Shown here: positions 62,481-64,000 of the stretch, piece after piece
How positions within the stretch are numbered: position 1 is the stretch's first letter
How the letters are laid out: every line of letters starts with the position of its first letter
The notes under the pieces: model-generated
Database searches by the model: none
What the model was told of the DNA's origin: nothing
What the model saw: the letters and a program-made list of their open reading frames with translations, nothing else
NCBI GenBank assembly: GCA_973895155.1
Contig: OZ316892.1
Span: 26,125,233-26,189,232, forward strand
Direction of reading: 5' to 3'
Source of the DNA: Marsupella aquatica
Taxonomy: Eukaryota > Plantae > Marchantiophyta
Length of the DNA: 64,000 nucleotides
Made by a program: the position numbers and the translations under genes

Positions 62481-63510
62481 TGCTCCCAATCTAATTGCAG
62501 TAGCACTGATTAGACTATTGATTCAAGTGATCAAGCTATGCAGACAAAAACAGTCAGCTCAAGACTCCCGGATATAATAAGACATCAGTCCATCCGACTC
62601 GAGCAATCCTTCCAGCAAAGAAAATAAAAGAAACGCGTAATCTAGCATCTGTCTTGAAGTCTGCCCCTATTTCTAAACCGAAGCATGATGCAGGAGAGGC
62701 ATTCAATTTGAACTTAGAATTCAATAGTATCCTTGAGGTTGGTGCCGCATTGTGTATCACCTCGCGATGAAGAATCTAGAGAAAATGCATTTGGTGTCAC
62801 TCCCCGCCCAAATATTAATAACCTACCACACGCAATTTGTAGTTCGCAATCAGAAGGAAGAGAATGAGAAGTCAAACACTCAAACAGGTTAGATCTTTGT
62901 AAACGAATTATCCATTAGCAAGGAACCCTACATGTACCTCTACTGAGACGGCAGGGCAAATATTAGCAGAGACCCGAAGACTAATGTACAGTAAAGAAAT
63001 ATGACATCATACCCTTATTGTGTTACCCCTTTCGAGTTCGAATAGGTCAGCGCAGATAGGCAGGCATCTTGATGCAAACGAGCAGAATGCTCACGATGTA
63101 AGCAATTGAGAAGAACGAAATCCCAGCAGCAACGAACGAAAGTAGCAGTCCCTCCAATTCCGTTCTCAGCAACCATCACCCTTCTACTACACAACAACAG
63201 AAGTGCTTCGGAATGCTTTCCGCAGCCCTCTCGACCTGCTCCCTGCCTGCCAACAGAATGATGAATCCAACACAGCAGCGAAAGAGAAAACCAGCGAACG
63301 ATCGACCGCTCTCAGTGGTGTTCAATCATACCTCGACAGCCGAATCCAGGAGCGGAAATCACAGCTCAATTGCAGAGCACAATAATGTCTTTAGAACAGA
63401 AAGTGGAAAGGATCGAGAGCAGAGAATTGAAAACAAATTTTCATGACAACAAAACAAAGACTCTAATAAGTTCCATACAACAAGGGGGGGACGGCGAACG
63501 GCTGTTGGAG

Positions 63511-63650
63511 TGACGGTGGTTACCTCTGCCGTCAGTTACAACCCTCGTTTGGACTGTGTCACGGTTATCAGAAGGACAGTGAACAAATGTAGAGGAGACG
63601 GAGGTTAACCTCGCCGTCGTTTTTTGAAGACGGTGGTTAGCCCTGCCGTC
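63511..63650. repeat. Three 22-24-bp palindromic units GACGG-N12-CCGTC
   Basis: tgacggtggttacctctgccgtca (63511-63534), gacggaggttaacctcgccgtc (63597-63618), gacggtggttagccctgccgtc (63629-63650). Confidence 0.8.
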
Positions 63651-64000
63651 ACTGCTAGACATGTTTGAGCCCCTAATGTCGAGCTTTTTGGCATTCATCT
63701 CATTCTGTAGCCGAGTAGTGACTTAAGAGCTCCTGGTCGTCCCATTTGATCGAAGAAATGATCGAAGAAGCTGGCGTTGCGAATGGAGTGAAGTGAAGAT
63801 CCGTTTGAGCTGGAGAGAGAGGAGGGAGTGGCAGCGAAGAGAAGATAGCCTTGTTCGTTCGTTCATTCTCCGGTCGAGATTAGGAGTTTGTGAAGAATGG
63901 CTACGTTTCAACTCCAGAAGCATGTCGAGTACATCAAATCCTTGGATAAGGTCGGTGTCCTATGTTGCTTACACTCTTCTGGTCGTCTTGAATGAATGAA

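Noticed and set aside
63922-64000. Possible first coding exon MSSTSNPWIR of a + strand gene
   Set aside because: Too short and cut by the window edge to support a call.

Overview
Eukaryotic nuclear DNA from a land plant; short GT-AG introns and the protein sequences suggest a bryophyte-grade plant, but that is inference. There is no prokaryotic operon, CRISPR array, rRNA or tRNA. Genes rebuilt by eye from splice sites: the last exon of an IRK/PXC2-like LRR-VII receptor kinase, a two-exon cytochrome bc1 subunit 8 (QCR8), a partial small gene of unknown function, beta-1,2-xylosyltransferase (XYLT), a TOM1/TOM3-family membrane protein, a DUF1118/RIQ1-like thylakoid protein, a polyol transporter, AIR synthetase (PurM/PUR5), a short Alba protein and DPM2. 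Decayed material includes an intronless DRG GTPase pseudogene, a U-box/ARM pseudogene with an internal inverted duplication, a psbD plastid insertion (NUPT), a Helitron relic, a LINE relic, several TIR elements/MITEs and tandem arrays. I found no convincing new multi-gene system. The best leads are: (1) an intact-looking QCR8 gene directly adjoining Helitron helicase remnants within a 13-kb island of gene fragments; (2) a gene-derived hairpin that could be a proto-miRNA/hpRNA locus; (3) a NUPT that may preserve unedited plastid C sites. All homologies come from motif recognition, not database searches; coordinates of decayed elements are approximate.
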